Source: Eledone cirrhosa (lineage: Eukaryota). From it: 64,000 nt of DNA. A program made the translations under genes and the position numbers. A model generated the notes under the pieces. That model was not told the DNA's origin and did no database searches. It saw only the letters and a program-made list of their open reading frames with translations. Every line of letters starts with the position of its first letter. Position 1 is the first letter of the stretch. This document shows positions 40,624 to 54,588 of the stretch, in pieces. Location: assembly GCA_964016885.1 (NCBI GenBank), contig OZ024743.1:112406001-112470000 (forward strand), in the 5' to 3' direction.

Positions 40624-40667
40624 AATATGGTTTTATAATAGTTTCCATTTATTTAATATCGTATATA

Positions 40668-40743
<76 letters not shown>

Positions 40744-40767
40744 TATATACATATATATATAATATAA

Positions 40768-41525
40768 ATAATTAAGTTAAGAATGTACATCCACATATGT
40801 ATACTGAAATACTAGTATGCATATGAATACACACACGTGTACATATGTAGATGTACCGAGTTTTTCACTGGTCACTTTACTGTGAGTGTCCAGCTATTCT
40901 GTATGTAAACACACAGACAAACCGGTTTTTAGAGTCATACTGGTTTTTGAGGAAACACCTTTCCTCTATTCTCCAGAAAGCCAGACAAGGAATATTGGAC
41001 TAGTTTCGATGTTGTTACATCTCATCAGCAATATTTACCCATCTTCCGGCCTTTCTAGAGAATCGTAAAAGCACATATCGTTATATGCTTTTTCTATGAA
41101 AATTAGTAGTGGGCAGACTAATTTGCATAGAGCGTGAGTACGTACCGGTTCAACGGAGACGATAAAAACAAATAACGAAACGAAATTAAATTTTGTTTCG
41201 TTTGTAACTCACTTTTGTATGACTGACGCTTAAACAATTAAGTTAAGAATGTACATCCACATATGTATACTGAAATACTAGTATGCATATGAATACACAC
41301 ACGTGTACATATGTAGATGTACCGAGTTTTTCACTGGTCAGTAAAGTGACCAGTGAAAAACTCGGTACATCTACATATGTACACGTGTGTGTATTCATAT
41401 GCATACTAGTATTTCAGTATACATATGTGGATGTACATTCTTAACTTAATTGTTTAAGCGTCAGTCATACAAAAGTGAGTTACAAACGAAACAAAATTTA
41501 ATTTCGTTTCGTTATTTGTTTTTAT
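40768..41525. mobile_element. Diverged relative of the 466-bp family: ~1.2 units (469-bp period) on minus strand plus an inverted arm
   Basis: 40768-40874 repeats at 41237-41343; 41340-41525 is inverted; shares the AATTTGCATA and ATTTCGTTT motifs and the CTAG HHR. Confidence 0.75.
40991..41035 (-). ncRNA. Canonical minimal type I hammerhead ribozyme
   Basis: aatattg-CTGATGA-gatgt aaca acatc-GAAA-CTAG-TC-caatatt; stems I and II fully Watson-Crick, GUC site. Confidence 0.9.
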
Positions 41526-41626
41526 AATATAAATATATATATATATATCCATATTATATATATATATATTTATATATATATATATTATATATATATATAT
41601 ATATACATAATATATATATATATAAT

Positions 41627-41672
<46 letters not shown>

Positions 41673-41731
41673 ATATTTTATATATATATATTTATATATA
41701 TATATATTATATATATATATATATATATAAT

Positions 41732-41768
<37 letters not shown>

Positions 41769-41814
41769 CCATATTATATATATATATATATCCATATTAT
41801 ATATATATATATCC

Positions 41815-41845
<31 letters not shown>

Positions 41846-41850
<5 letters not shown>

Positions 41851-42038
41851 AACAAGTAAGACCCCGACGGCTGAGCTCAAGCCGTTTCGACGGCTAATTC
41901 TGGACCAGAATTAGCCGTCGAAACGGCTTGAGCTCAGCCGTCGGGGTCTTACTTGTTCCTATTACCCACTCTACTACCCTAAGTATTGAGTATTTTGGTG
42001 CGTTATGGTCCACCTGGTTCCTTACCAGATTTCCTTCG

Positions 42039-42040
<2 letters not shown>
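41846..42040. mobile_element. Hairpin-headed dispersed repeat; perfect palindrome 41846-41962
   Basis: 58-bp arms around A41904; same family as 16351 and 44098. Confidence 0.75.
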
Positions 42041-42100
<60 letters not shown>

Positions 42101-42425
42101 ATTATATATATATAATATATATATATATATTATATATATTATATATATATATATAATATATATTATATATATATAATATATATATATATATTATATATAT
42201 ATAATATATATATATATATTATATATATTATATATATTATATATATATATATAATATATATTATATATATATATATATACAAAATATATATATATTATAA
42301 ATATATAATATATATATATATATATCCATATTATATATATATATATATATAATATAAATAAATATATATATATCCATATTATATATATATATATTATATA
42401 TATATATATATCCATATTATGTATA

Positions 42426-42502
<77 letters not shown>

Positions 42503-42631
42503 ATATATAATATATATATATATATATATATCCATATTATATATATATATATATATATATTATAAATAAATATATATATATCCATATTATATATATATAT
42601 ATTATATATATATATATCCATATTATGTATA

Positions 42632-42852
<221 letters not shown>

Positions 42853-42995
42853 TATATATATATTATATATATATATTATATATATTATATATATATTATA
42901 TATATATATATTATATATATATATTATTTATATATATATTATATATATATTATATATATTATATATATATTATATATATATATATATATTATGTA

Positions 42996-43040
<45 letters not shown>

Positions 43041-43064
43041 ATATTATATATATATATAATATAT

Positions 43065-43670
43065 GGTCAAGTCACCTGTTGGTGCTACTGGTAACATGTA
43101 TCACAGTACAACCTGTCTCATGGTTGGCGACTAAACTGGCAACCCCACCAAGGTTTCTTGGTGAGGAGGGTGACTTTGGGCATCCTGCAGGACTAAAAAC
43201 AAAACCTGTCAAAGGGCAAAGGAGCTCTTAAGAATCAATGGCCATCCAAAATCACCGGGAGAGATGACCCCTTAGCCTTTGTCAAAGCAGAATTCTCGGT
43301 GAAGGAAAACTTTGATATAGCACCTGCAACCCTGATGGTATCCAATGATGTTGACTTGTTCTTCTTTTTGGTAAATATCATCTTGGTTTAGAGAGTGAGA
43401 CTGGCTTTGTGCAGTGCCTTTGCTCACTATAAAAGCTTCACGGCACAGGCATTGCTTTATATGTGGAGATCTCTCTGCACTTGTTGTCACATGGTTCCAT
43501 GGGCCCAGAACTATGTGTTAATAATTGTCACAGGTGTAGTGTTTGTACCAGAGTTTCCAATTCGCTGGCTGGACTAAAAAGACACAGTCCTTCAGCGCAT
43601 CGGTAGGGGTTCTCCTACATGGATATAAAGTAGTGGCCGTACTCGAAAACGAGTTAGCAGCCACCCTATT
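43065..43670 (+). mobile_element. GC-richer dispersed repeat, possibly a LINE (RTE-like) 5' region; relative at 45765-46280
   Basis: Shares GTGCTACTGGTAACATGTA..CAGTAC.ACCTGTCTCATGGTTGG..GACTAAAC.GGCAAC.CCACCAAG..GTGAGGAGGGTGA with 45.8 kb; clade is inferred. Confidence 0.45.
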
Positions 43671-43704
43671 ATATATATTATATATATATATATATATTAT
43701 ATAA

Positions 43705-43768
<64 letters not shown>

Positions 43769-43947
43769 ATATATATATCCTGTATATATATGTATATATA
43801 TATATATTATATATATATATATTATATATATCATATATATATATATATATTATATATATATATATAAGGTATATATATATACATATTATATATATATATT
43901 TATATATATATATTATATATATTATGTGTATGTATATATATATATAT

Positions 43948-44070
<123 letters not shown>

Positions 44071-44097
44071 TATATATATATATATATATATATATAG

Positions 44098-44247
44098 GAA
44101 AATGTTTGACCCCGACGGTAGAGCTCCAGCCATTTCGACGGCTATTTATTTCTGGACACAGAATTAGCCGTCGAAACGGCTTGAGCTCTAAGTATTGAGT
44201 ACTCTGGTGCGTTATGGTCCATCTGGTTCCTTACCACACCTCCTTCG

Positions 44248-44250
<3 letters not shown>
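44098..44250. mobile_element. Third copy of hairpin-headed repeat
   Basis: GACCCCGACGG..CAGAATTAGCCGTCGAAACGGCTTGAGCTC..GGTGCGTTATGGTCCA. Confidence 0.7.
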
Positions 44251-44285
<35 letters not shown>

Positions 44286-44303
44286 TGGATATATAAAATA
44301 TAT

Positions 44304-44344
<41 letters not shown>

Positions 44345-44348
<4 letters not shown>

Positions 44349-44748
44349 TATGTATGTATACGTACATACATATATGTATACAGACGTACAGTAGCATGCA
44401 TATATATATATATATATATATATACATACAGGTACACATACATATATGTACGTATCAGTTTAGCGGACGCTTATTATAACGCCCGCTTTGTTCGTTTGTA
44501 AACAAACTGAACAGCCTGAATTTATGCCGTACGGTGTTAAGGCAGCCACGTCACCATTTTGTTCAACACTGACACAGGAACGATGTACTATTTTCAAGCT
44601 TGTTAGCTATCATCAGCACCGTATACCCTTCTGCCAGATGGTTGAACGTCTGTATACATATATGTATGTACGTATACATACATACTTACATTTAAGTAAG
44701 TGCCGTACCAAGAGTGAGAAATGAAATTTCGTTCTCATTTTATTACAA

Positions 44749-44752
<4 letters not shown>
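44345..44752. mobile_element. Solo rearranged copy of the 466-bp family (inverted arm incl. HHR at 44580-44622 minus, then direct 3' tail)
   Basis: High identity to 12503-13060; HHR stem III mutated (GAAA-ATAG-TA). Confidence 0.8.
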
Positions 44753-44831
<79 letters not shown>

Positions 44832-44957
44832 CGAAGGATGTGTGGTGCTATGTGTGCTTTCAAACTTTACAAATTATTCCCTGTGATTGTTTCATGTGTT
44901 TATTTTATTTATATATATATGTCAATCTATTTCTAGTTGATATATATATATATCATC

Positions 44958-45135
<178 letters not shown>

Positions 45136-45177
45136 GTATGTATATATATATATATATATATATGGATATATATATAA

Positions 45178-45229
<52 letters not shown>

Positions 45230-45764
45230 ACTAGAAATAGATTGACATATATATATATATAAAATAAACACATGAAACAATCACAGGGAATAATGTGTAA
45301 AGTGTGTAAGCACACATAGCTTGGTAGGTAACTAATTAATTTTTAACTAGAACTTCAAATATAGATACCTTTTAAAATGATTAATCTCCTTTGTATATAT
45401 TTCTTTAAATAACAAATATATTTCACCCACCAATTAATCGGTAAATCACAGTAGCTGATATATATATATATACATAATGAATATTTAAAACAAATAAGAC
45501 AAAAAGCAAAAACAATTACCTGAAATTACTTTACGGTTTCGACTGTAGTTTCGCCGTAAAATCAGTTTAGATATTCTAATAATTTACCATATCGTTCTAG
45601 GTAGTGAGGCTCTTCATGTACTTTTCTCATTTATTCTTAATTTTCTGACATATTGATTAATTATTTAGTGTATTCTTTCAATGAGCAAAAATGGTAACTG
45701 ATTGACTTGTAATGGTAACTTGTGTGTGTCTGTATTTATGTATGTATGTATGTCACGTCATTCT

Positions 45765-46280
45765 CGAGTGCTACTGGTAACATGTAACCCAGTACTACCT
45801 GTCTCATGGTTGGATCGTCCGTGACTAAACCGGCAACGCCACCAAGCTTGCTTAGTGAGGAGGGTGATAATTGGAGTACCTGCGGGATGAAATACAAGAC
45901 GCGGAATAGGGCGGAGGAACTCAGCAGAGTCAACGGCCTTCGAGACAGTATTTTTTTTTTTTTTTTCACTTGGGAGTGAAAGGCCCCCAGTTGTTGTCAC
46001 AACACCCTTCTAAGAGAGGGAAACTCTGAAAAAACATGCGTCTTCAGAAGCTTCCGGTGTTGTTGACTAGTTCTCCTTTTCGGCGAGTTGTTTCGATGCT
46101 CAGAAAGTGGGATTTGTCGAGTGCAAGGCCTTTCCCCACTTAAAAAACCTTCAAAGCGCAGGCATTGCCCTTCTCAGGTTATATTACAGGTTCGTGTGGC
46201 AGGCTGTAGCCTGAAGGTGCACCATTTTCTGTAATCTGTTAAGCGATTGCAATACTCTTAGCAGGGTTTGCTGCCATCAT
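45765..46280 (+). mobile_element. Relative of the 43065 repeat
   Basis: Shared motifs listed for 43065. Confidence 0.45.
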
Positions 46281-46517
46281 GTATGTATGTTCTTCTGGTT
46301 TTATAATTTCACCAAGTTTTACCAATAGAGAGAGAGTCGGTTTCTAACATGGACACAAGACTCTCTCATTGGAATTTACACAACATCAACTAGGTAGATA
46401 TGTATGTATGCATGCATGTGTAGATATGGATGTTATTGTATGTGTGGATGTGGATGTTTTGAGTTGTATGTGTGCATATGTATATGCTTTGCATCTGTAC
46501 ATGTGTATATGCAGTTA

Positions 46518-47190
46518 TTAGATGCAAAATGTTTTTAATATTTTACATATTTTTACTGTTCCATTAATGGATTGTACTTGTAATTTCCTAACTAGTTGTG
46601 TTCTTTCTGTTCCTGTGAAGCCTAGCTTCTCAAGATTTGTATTGAGGCAGTTACTAACATACCCCAGTGTCCCAATAATTACATGCATAAATCTGAAGGT
46701 GTAATCAGGGTGGAGTATCTGCAGATTTCTCATCAGTTCTGCATAAATATTCTCCTTTTCACTAATCTTTGATATTATATTGGCATCTGCTGGGCAGCTA
46801 ATTTCCACTACTGTGCATGCTTTCTTCTCCCTGTCCCATATCATAATATCTGGTCAGTTATGCCTGCATTTTATTGGGGTTTTTACTGGAACATTCCACC
46901 AGTACTCTTTCATATTATGTACATGGATGTCTTCCACATTGCTGTAGCTTTTAATGGGTTTATTATCGGGGCTATCTTTTTTACGAACTGCATTGTAGAG
47001 TGTTTTGGCTACTACATCATGCCTCATATGTAGATAGTACCGCGATGACAACTTTGGACAGCTGCTGATGACATGGGTGATATCCTCAATGTTAGTTCTG
47101 CAGAGTCTGCACTTGTTATCACATCTAGGTGTTTTGCCTGCATCCCTATCTCTTTTGTGAATCAGGTATTTCGTGTTAATCTCCTGTTCT
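46518..47190 (-). pseudogene. 3' fragment of RLE-type non-LTR retrotransposon (R4/Dong/NeSL-like): CCHC zinc knuckle plus restriction-like endonuclease
   Basis: CRLCRTNIEDITHVISSC, RHDVVA, N*PDIMIWD..VVEISCP, KENIYAEL; single in-frame TGA at 46854-46856. Confidence 0.85.
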
Positions 47191-47387
47191 ATGTATGTAT
47201 CTCCTATTTTTGGTTCTATAATTCCTATATGGTTGAGTGAATAAGGCTAAAACAGATTGCTGCTTCTAGCAATCCCGTTACTAACAAATTTATTTATCTC
47301 TTGTCGACGATATACCACGTGATGGTTTTCCTTTTGGAAAACATCCCTTGTAGCAACTATTTGAATTGTTCTCTTCATGCGAGAAGA

Positions 47388-47476
47388 TTCCCTGACGAGC
47401 GGCACTTCTCAAAAGAATGATATACTAAATTATTAAAATATCTAAACTGGTCTTAACGGCGAAACTGCAGTCGGAA
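47388..47476 (+). ncRNA. Type I hammerhead ribozyme with long loop II
   Basis: ttcc-CTGACGA-gc..58 nt..gc-GAAA-CTGCAG-TC-ggaa; decayed inverted homolog at ~45534-45618. Confidence 0.6.
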
Positions 47477-47930
47477 CCGAAAAATAAACTGAGATCATTT
47501 ATATTATATTATTTGCTTTACATATCTATTTAATAATGCCCTGACCTATTGATGGATTATTTACCTAATACTTTCATTCAGCAAAAATGGTAACTGGTGG
47601 ACACCTTTTTATTTATGTATATGCTGAAGTATATATAAATATTTCCTATTTTATATATGTGTGTGTATATATATATACGTAGAAAAGATAAAGGTAATAC
47701 ATTTTAATATGATATTCTACGAATTATGAAATCTTACATTCTGTGCAGATTGTCTCTAGTTTAAATTTGATGTATCTATGTGTGTATAGACATTCATCAT
47801 TCACTTTTTTATAATGATTGAATGCTCGATTTTATTCTCTGAAATTTTCTATGAGGTGTTTTTAAGAGACAAGACATATGTTTGGTTTTATATCAATCAT
47901 GGCATCCTTAACGTTGAATGTAATAATATA

Positions 47931-47995
<65 letters not shown>

Positions 47996-48002
<7 letters not shown>

Positions 48003-48074
48003 CCCCCCAAAATGTATACACACCTCAATAGCACTCTAATCAAAGAGTGTGTGCATTTTGGGGGGACACCCTGT
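47996..48074. mobile_element. Tiny Tc1/mariner-type MITE
   Basis: GGTATCCCCCCAAAATGTATACAC / GTGTGTGCATTTTGGGGGGACACC inverted termini in TA context. Confidence 0.55.
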
Positions 48075-48329
48075 TTGTATATACATATATATATATATAA
48101 TGAGAGAGAGGGAATCTTTTCATTTCGGTTAAGCTAATAATGTTTCGAGACATTATATGCTTAACCGTATGGCATATAATAATCTCGACACTCGTCTTTA
48201 CTTAAATATAGAGTAGTAAGATGTATTATATATACGGTATGAAGTTTCTCTCCAAATAAGGGTACTGGTGTTTAAATGTACATTAGACTTATATGAAATT
48301 ACAAGTTATCTCCTTCAAAATACGACCTT

Positions 48330-48800
48330 TTGGAAGTCACAAACAGAGTAAGACGTTTGGCTCAATTTCGAGTCTTTCTTGCAAATCATGAAGAATTTCC
48401 AACTAGTCGCTTTTTGATTTGCAGACAAGTAATTAGAGACTAGTTTTGCAAAAATATTTCGCGTGTGCAAATGTTCTGTTAAACTTGTGTGAACTGTATT
48501 TTTATCCAAGACAGTTTCTTCTGCGATAATCCTAACACATAATGGATGATCTTTCGCCAACAACACTTGCACCACTTCTACATTTTGCTCATTTATTGAC
48601 GAGATTGTACTTCCAGAAAGATGTTCGTCTTCGACATTTTCTTCGACATTTTCTTTGAAAGCTTTGTGCTACTTAAAAACATTAATTCTCGATAGAGTGT
48701 CGTTTCCTTAAGCTTGTATTAAAGAATTAAATATTTCGGTGGTGGATTTGTTGAGTTTCCAAAAAAATTTCATGGCGTACCGCTGTTCGATATTTCCTGA
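48330..48800 (-). pseudogene. Decayed mariner transposase N-terminus (HTH domains)
   Basis: EQRYAMKFF..KSTTEIF...VRIIAEE..DKNTVH..LTEHLH.R.IFAKLV..LS; multiple stops. Confidence 0.75.
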
Positions 48801-48943
48801 AAATAATCAGCAATAACTCACGATTAAATCAATTGATCATGTTGAAAAAGATCTGTAAATCCAGCTAAGGTCATATCCAAAGTGGCTACTTACATAAATG
48901 AAGTGCTGCGTTACAAATGTCGTACATACGAGAATCAATAACC

Positions 48944-48989
<46 letters not shown>

Positions 48990-48990
48990 G

Positions 48991-49023
<33 letters not shown>

Positions 49024-49099
49024 ATATTAAAAGTATAAAACTAAAATTGCTTTATTGCATGATATATATTTCTGTTACATATATTTTAATACATATATA

Positions 49100-49165
<66 letters not shown>

Positions 49166-49187
49166 TGTATATATATATATGTATATG

Positions 49188-49219
<32 letters not shown>

Positions 49220-49221
49220 AA

Positions 49222-49985
49222 TGAAGGAAGTTTAAACGTTTCGGACAGAAGTCCTTCTTCAAGAAAGTTTGAAGGAAAGAACAGATGGACGTACTGTGAG
49301 TAGCTTAGGATAGGAAGTTAAAACAAAGTGATAGGGGGAGGTGGGTGAAGGGTCCGAATTGGGGGGCGGGATGATGGAGGGTATGTTGGTGACATGATTG
49401 TGGTTGTGTGTGTGTGTGTCGAGGGCACGAAATTAGTACATGAGCATGGCTTCAATCTATGAGTGTGTGGCCACCTGGGTGTTCCAGCGTCTTATAAAGT
49501 GAAGTGTGTGTGGGGGGGGGGAGTGGGGGGGGGGGGGAGTTATGTGTATTTAAACACAGACGAACACACAATCATCATATATATATATATATATATGATT
49601 GTGTGTTCGTCTGTGTTTAAAAACAAACCCATACACGCATACACACATGCACACACATACCCACACATAGACCTCATACAAACACACACACTTCACTTTA
49701 TAAGACGCTGGGACACCCAGGTGGCCACACACTCATAGATTGAAGCCATGCTCATGTACTAATTTCTTCCCTTCGACACACACACACACAACCACAATCA
49801 TGTCACCTACATAAAATCCATCTTCGCCCCCCCCCCAATTCGGACCCTTCACCCACCTCCCCCTATCACTTTGTTTTAACTCCCTTTCCTAAGCTTCTCA
49901 AAATATGTCCATCTGTTCTTTCCTACAAACTTTTTTGAAGAAGGACTTCTGTCCGAAACGTTTAAACCTCCTCCATTTCCTCCAA
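49222..49985. mobile_element. Fold-back element (~350-bp arms, (TA)n centre) with HHR-like TTGAAGA-A-GGAC TTCT GTCC-GAAACGTT near each end
   Basis: Inverted repeat centred ~49587; motifs at ~49230-49270 (-) and ~49930-49966 (+). Confidence 0.75.
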
Positions 49986-50849
49986 GCGTCGTCCTTATAT
50001 AACTGTAATTTTGCCTGTTTTGTTTTGTTTCTTATATATATATATATATATATATATATACTGAAGGAGAGAGAAATTGAAAGAGAGTGAGAATAGAGAT
50101 CAGAATATGGCATACGAGGAGAAAGTAGGATAGAGATAGAAAAATAAATTTGGTGTTCCTTCTAGCAGGAATAACAAGAATTTGTCTGTGGAAGCAATAT
50201 GGCCGAATGTTTAAGAGTTTCGCTTCATAATTATTAGGCCCCTAATTCGATTTCACTAGCTGACATCTCGTGTGGGTGTCATGTACCATAGCCTTGTATC
50301 GACTGATGCATTGAGTGTGAAATTGTGTAGTTGGTGACTGTTTGGAAGACCACCGGATGCATAGCGAAAACTACATCTTCTTCACATAATCTACTACTGC
50401 CATAAAGCTGTGAAGACATAATGGTTACTGAGTTATGGATACCCTCTGCCTGAAAATAAAATAATAAAACGAACTCACCATGGCTGGAGCATCTTTGTGT
50501 ACAGAGATGCTTAATCAGCTTTGACTTAGCGCTAAACAACAAAATCGGCAACAGCTGGAATACTCATCGTCGAATATGACGGAGGTTCTATTGTGTTGTT
50601 ACAAGGAGTACAGCGAAGTATATTAATATAACACATTCTGTCAAATATACAGCCGAAACAGATATTAAATTGTTTGGCTGGTATATGTATATGAAAATAT
50701 ATATGAGAAGCAATGAAAGTCGTTATGGACATCATGTGGAAACTGTAAGTGGAAGATATTTGAACTGCATATGACATAACCTTGCGATGTTTACAGCAAT
50801 AAGAAGACAGCCATGTATATCATGATCTATAAGGTTATTGTGTGAGGAT

Positions 50850-51007
50850 GCCTGGCTTAGTAGTTAAGATGATTGACTCACGATCGTAAAGTCGAGAGCT
50901 CGATTACCGGTGATGCGTCTCATACTTGAACAAACACTTTATTTCACACACTGTTTACTCAGCTCTCAAAATTGGGTAATACATGTAATTCATAGAGCCA
51001 GCATTGT

Positions 51008-51038
<31 letters not shown>

Positions 51039-51090
51039 AATCTCCCTGACTAATACGTTAAGTGTACACATGTTTATAGATGCTCAAACT
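50850..51090 (+). mobile_element. Decayed tRNA-derived SINE
   Basis: TGGCTTAGTAGTTAAG..CACGATCGTAAAGTCGAGAGCTCGATT; similar to 28623 and 60332. Confidence 0.6.
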
Positions 51091-51686
51091 CTCACTCCCC
51101 CCTCTCCCCCCTCTCCCTCTCTTTCTTACTCCCATTGACATTCCATTCTTCTCGTTAATCATCTCATTCTCTCTTCGATTCTTATATCAGTGTGGTGTTG
51201 ATTCTCCGTCAATGCCGACGAAAAATGCTGCAGTTATTGAACAAAAGTAACAACCTATTACAGGTATAACTCATTTTTTCAAACTAACTGTACGGAAGGA
51301 AAATGAAAGAGCTTGCTCAAGGACACAACACATCACCAGAAATCGAACTCACGATATTACGATCGTTAGCTAAACACGCTAACAACAAAGCCTTTCTCTC
51401 AATATTCTCACGCACAAACAATGTCTTTTCTTATCTCTGTCAATCTACGTTACTCTCTATCTTTCCTCACTCTCCGTCTCACTCTGTCTCTTTTCCTCAC
51501 TCTTCCTCTCTCTCAGTTTTACCCTTCTCTCTTTCCCCCTCCCTCTATCTCACACTCTCTATTTCTCTATCCCTATATCTCTCTATCTCTATCTCTATCT
51601 CTGCTTATCTTTCTCTGTTTCTCCCTCTGTTGTATTTCACTATTTATCTATTACATTGTCACCATTTAAGTTCAATTTCCACTCTT

Positions 51687-51765
<79 letters not shown>

Positions 51766-52076
51766 CTCTCTCTCTCTCTTTCTTCGACGTTTTTCAAACA
51801 CGCGTGTGCAAGGTTTTGTGTGTGTGTGTGTGTCCAAATATGTGTGTCCGTGTGTAACTGTATGTAAGGATGTTGTGTGCATACATGTGTCGATATTTAG
51901 ATGTGAGAACGAAGTGTGCATATATGTATGTTTGTTTGTAGCAATCTATGTAAAGAATGTGTGCATATATATATATATATATAAACAAATATATATATAT
52001 ATATGTGTGTGTGTGTGTAGCAGCATATGTTGACGATGTGTGCATATATGTATGTTGTAGCAATATATGTGAACAA

Positions 52077-52119
<43 letters not shown>

Positions 52120-52135
52120 GAATATATATATACAT

Positions 52136-52206
<71 letters not shown>

Positions 52207-52256
52207 TTTATATATTATATATATGCGAACATTGTTCACACACACACATGCGCACG

Positions 52257-52316
<60 letters not shown>

Positions 52317-52441
52317 GTGTTTGTAGCAATATATGTGAACAATATTTGCATATATATATATAGGTGTGTGTGTGTGTCCATATATGGACAATATGTGCAT
52401 ATATATGTATGCCTGAGTGTAGTTACACATGAATCTTTATT

Positions 52442-52482
<41 letters not shown>

Positions 52483-53899
52483 GTGTGCGTATGTATATAT
52501 ATATATGTATATGCATGTGAGAGTAGCATGAGTGCGTGTTTACGTGTACATGTTCATAGAATTGTGTATGTGCATGTGTGCATGTGCATGTGTATGTGTG
52601 AATGCACAAGCATTCATATACATGTCCGTCCGTGCCTGTGTGGTTGCACCCTTGTTTATGAATGTGAGAATGTGTGAGTTTGAGTGTGTTTACAGTTGCT
52701 GATATACGCCTACGCGTGTGAATGCGTATATATTTGTATATATGCGTCTGTGTGTGTGTGTATGTGTCAATGGATTCTATATGTGTCTGTGCACGTATAT
52801 GCATGCATGTTTGTGACTGAGTTTATTTAGTTTTCTACGTATGTACGTGCATTTATATATACATGGGTTTCTGTATGTGTGTGTATATGTCAATGGATTC
52901 TATATGTGTCTGTGCACGTATATGCATGCATGTTTGTGACTGAGTTTATTTAGTTTTCTACGTATGTACGTGCATTTATATATACATGGGTTTCTGTATG
53001 GGTGTGTATATGTCAATGGTTTCTAGATGTCTCTGTGCACGTATTTGCATGCCTGTTTATTCAGCTGTGTACGTATGCATGTGAGTTTATACATGGGTTT
53101 TTTTTATGGGTGATTGAGGACGTATGTGTATAGGCAATAGTTTATCTTACACATGCAAGCGAATATATAGCTGCTCGCCTGTTTATGTATGTATATGTTT
53201 ATGATTTTGTTATATATGAGCGTGATGTTATGTACGTTTGTGCATTTTATGTTTGGGTATGTATATGTACCTTTATATGCCTGTATATGAGGCAGTGTAT
53301 GTGTATATATGGCCATGTTATTGCGTTTAATGTGCGTCTACGTACGTGCAATGTTTGTGAGTGGTTGTATGTGTTTATATGTGTGTGCATGTTTTATATA
53401 TGTATATATGTGTGTGCTTCTATGTATGTATGTATGTTTGCTAATATGTATGTGTACTAGTGAGTATGTATATGTGATAATATGTATGTATGTTAATATA
53501 TATGTGTGCTAATATGTACGTTTTCTAATATGTATGTGTGTTAATATGTATCTCTGCTAATATGTATGTGTGGTAATGTGTATGTACATGTGCTAATATA
53601 TATGTGTGTTAATATGTATGTGTGCTATTTTGTATGTGTGCTAATATGTATGTGTGCTAGTGTATATGTATGTGTCTGTATATCCGACTATATCTCTGTG
53701 TATGTATTTGTGCGTGTGCATGTTTGCATGTATGCCTGCGTGTGCATGTGTATGATTGTATGTGTGTCTGTGTATGTATGCATGTAAATATGTGTGTATG
53801 AGTGTGTCTGTCGTTGAGAATCCCAATTAATACATGTTGTGTGTCTTCTATAATTAATTCCTCAACAGTTCCACAGTATTGGTCCCTAATCAACGGAAC

Positions 53900-54330
53900 G
53901 TGGTGGTGGTGGTGGTAGTGGTGGTGTGGCGGTGGTTTTGGTGGTGGTGGTGGTGATGTGGTGGATGTGGTGATGGTTCTGGTGGTGGTGGTGGTGGCGG
54001 TGGTGGTATAGGCGGCGGTGGTGGTGGTGGTGGTTTTAGTGGTGTTGGTGGCGGCGGTGTGGTGGTGGTAGTGGTGGTGGCAGTGTTGTGGTGGTGGTGG
54101 TGGTGGTGGTGGTGGTGGTGGTGGTGGTGGTGATGGTGGCGGTGGTGATGGTGGCGGTGGTGGTGGCAGTGTTGTTGTGGTGGTGGTGGTGGTGGTGGTT
54201 TAGGTGGCGGTGGTGTAGGTGGTGGTGGCGGCGGCTGCGGTAGAGGGGGCGGTGGTGGTGATGGTGGTGTTGGTGGTGGTGGTGGTAGTGGTGATGGTGG
54301 CGGTGGTGGTGGTGGTGGTGGTGGTGGATC
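53900..54330. repeat. (GGT)n tract
   Basis: Direct reading. Confidence 0.9.
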
Positions 54331-54543
54331 TATCGGGGGTGGTGGAGGTTTAGTTGTACGGAGTGGCGATTAGGTGGGGATGGTGAAGGTGCGTGTGATG
54401 CTGCCAACAATAATGGTGTTGATGTTGTTGTCGGGGGTGCAGTAGTAGTGGTAGTGATGGTGCTTGAGAGAGAAGGTGTGTGTGTGTATGTTGGTATGTA
54501 TGAGTGTTTGTGTGTGTGAGAAAGAGAGAGAGAGAGAGAGTAT

Positions 54544-54588
<45 letters not shown>

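Larger units (their letters stand above)
40300..40662. mobile_element. Fold-back element (~180-bp arms) with an HHR in each arm
   Basis: Inverted repeat centred ~40482, flanked by (TA)n. Confidence 0.85.

Noticed and set aside
52750-53100. ~119-bp triplication
   Set aside because: Ordinary local duplication in TG-rich low-complexity DNA; no HHR or other motif
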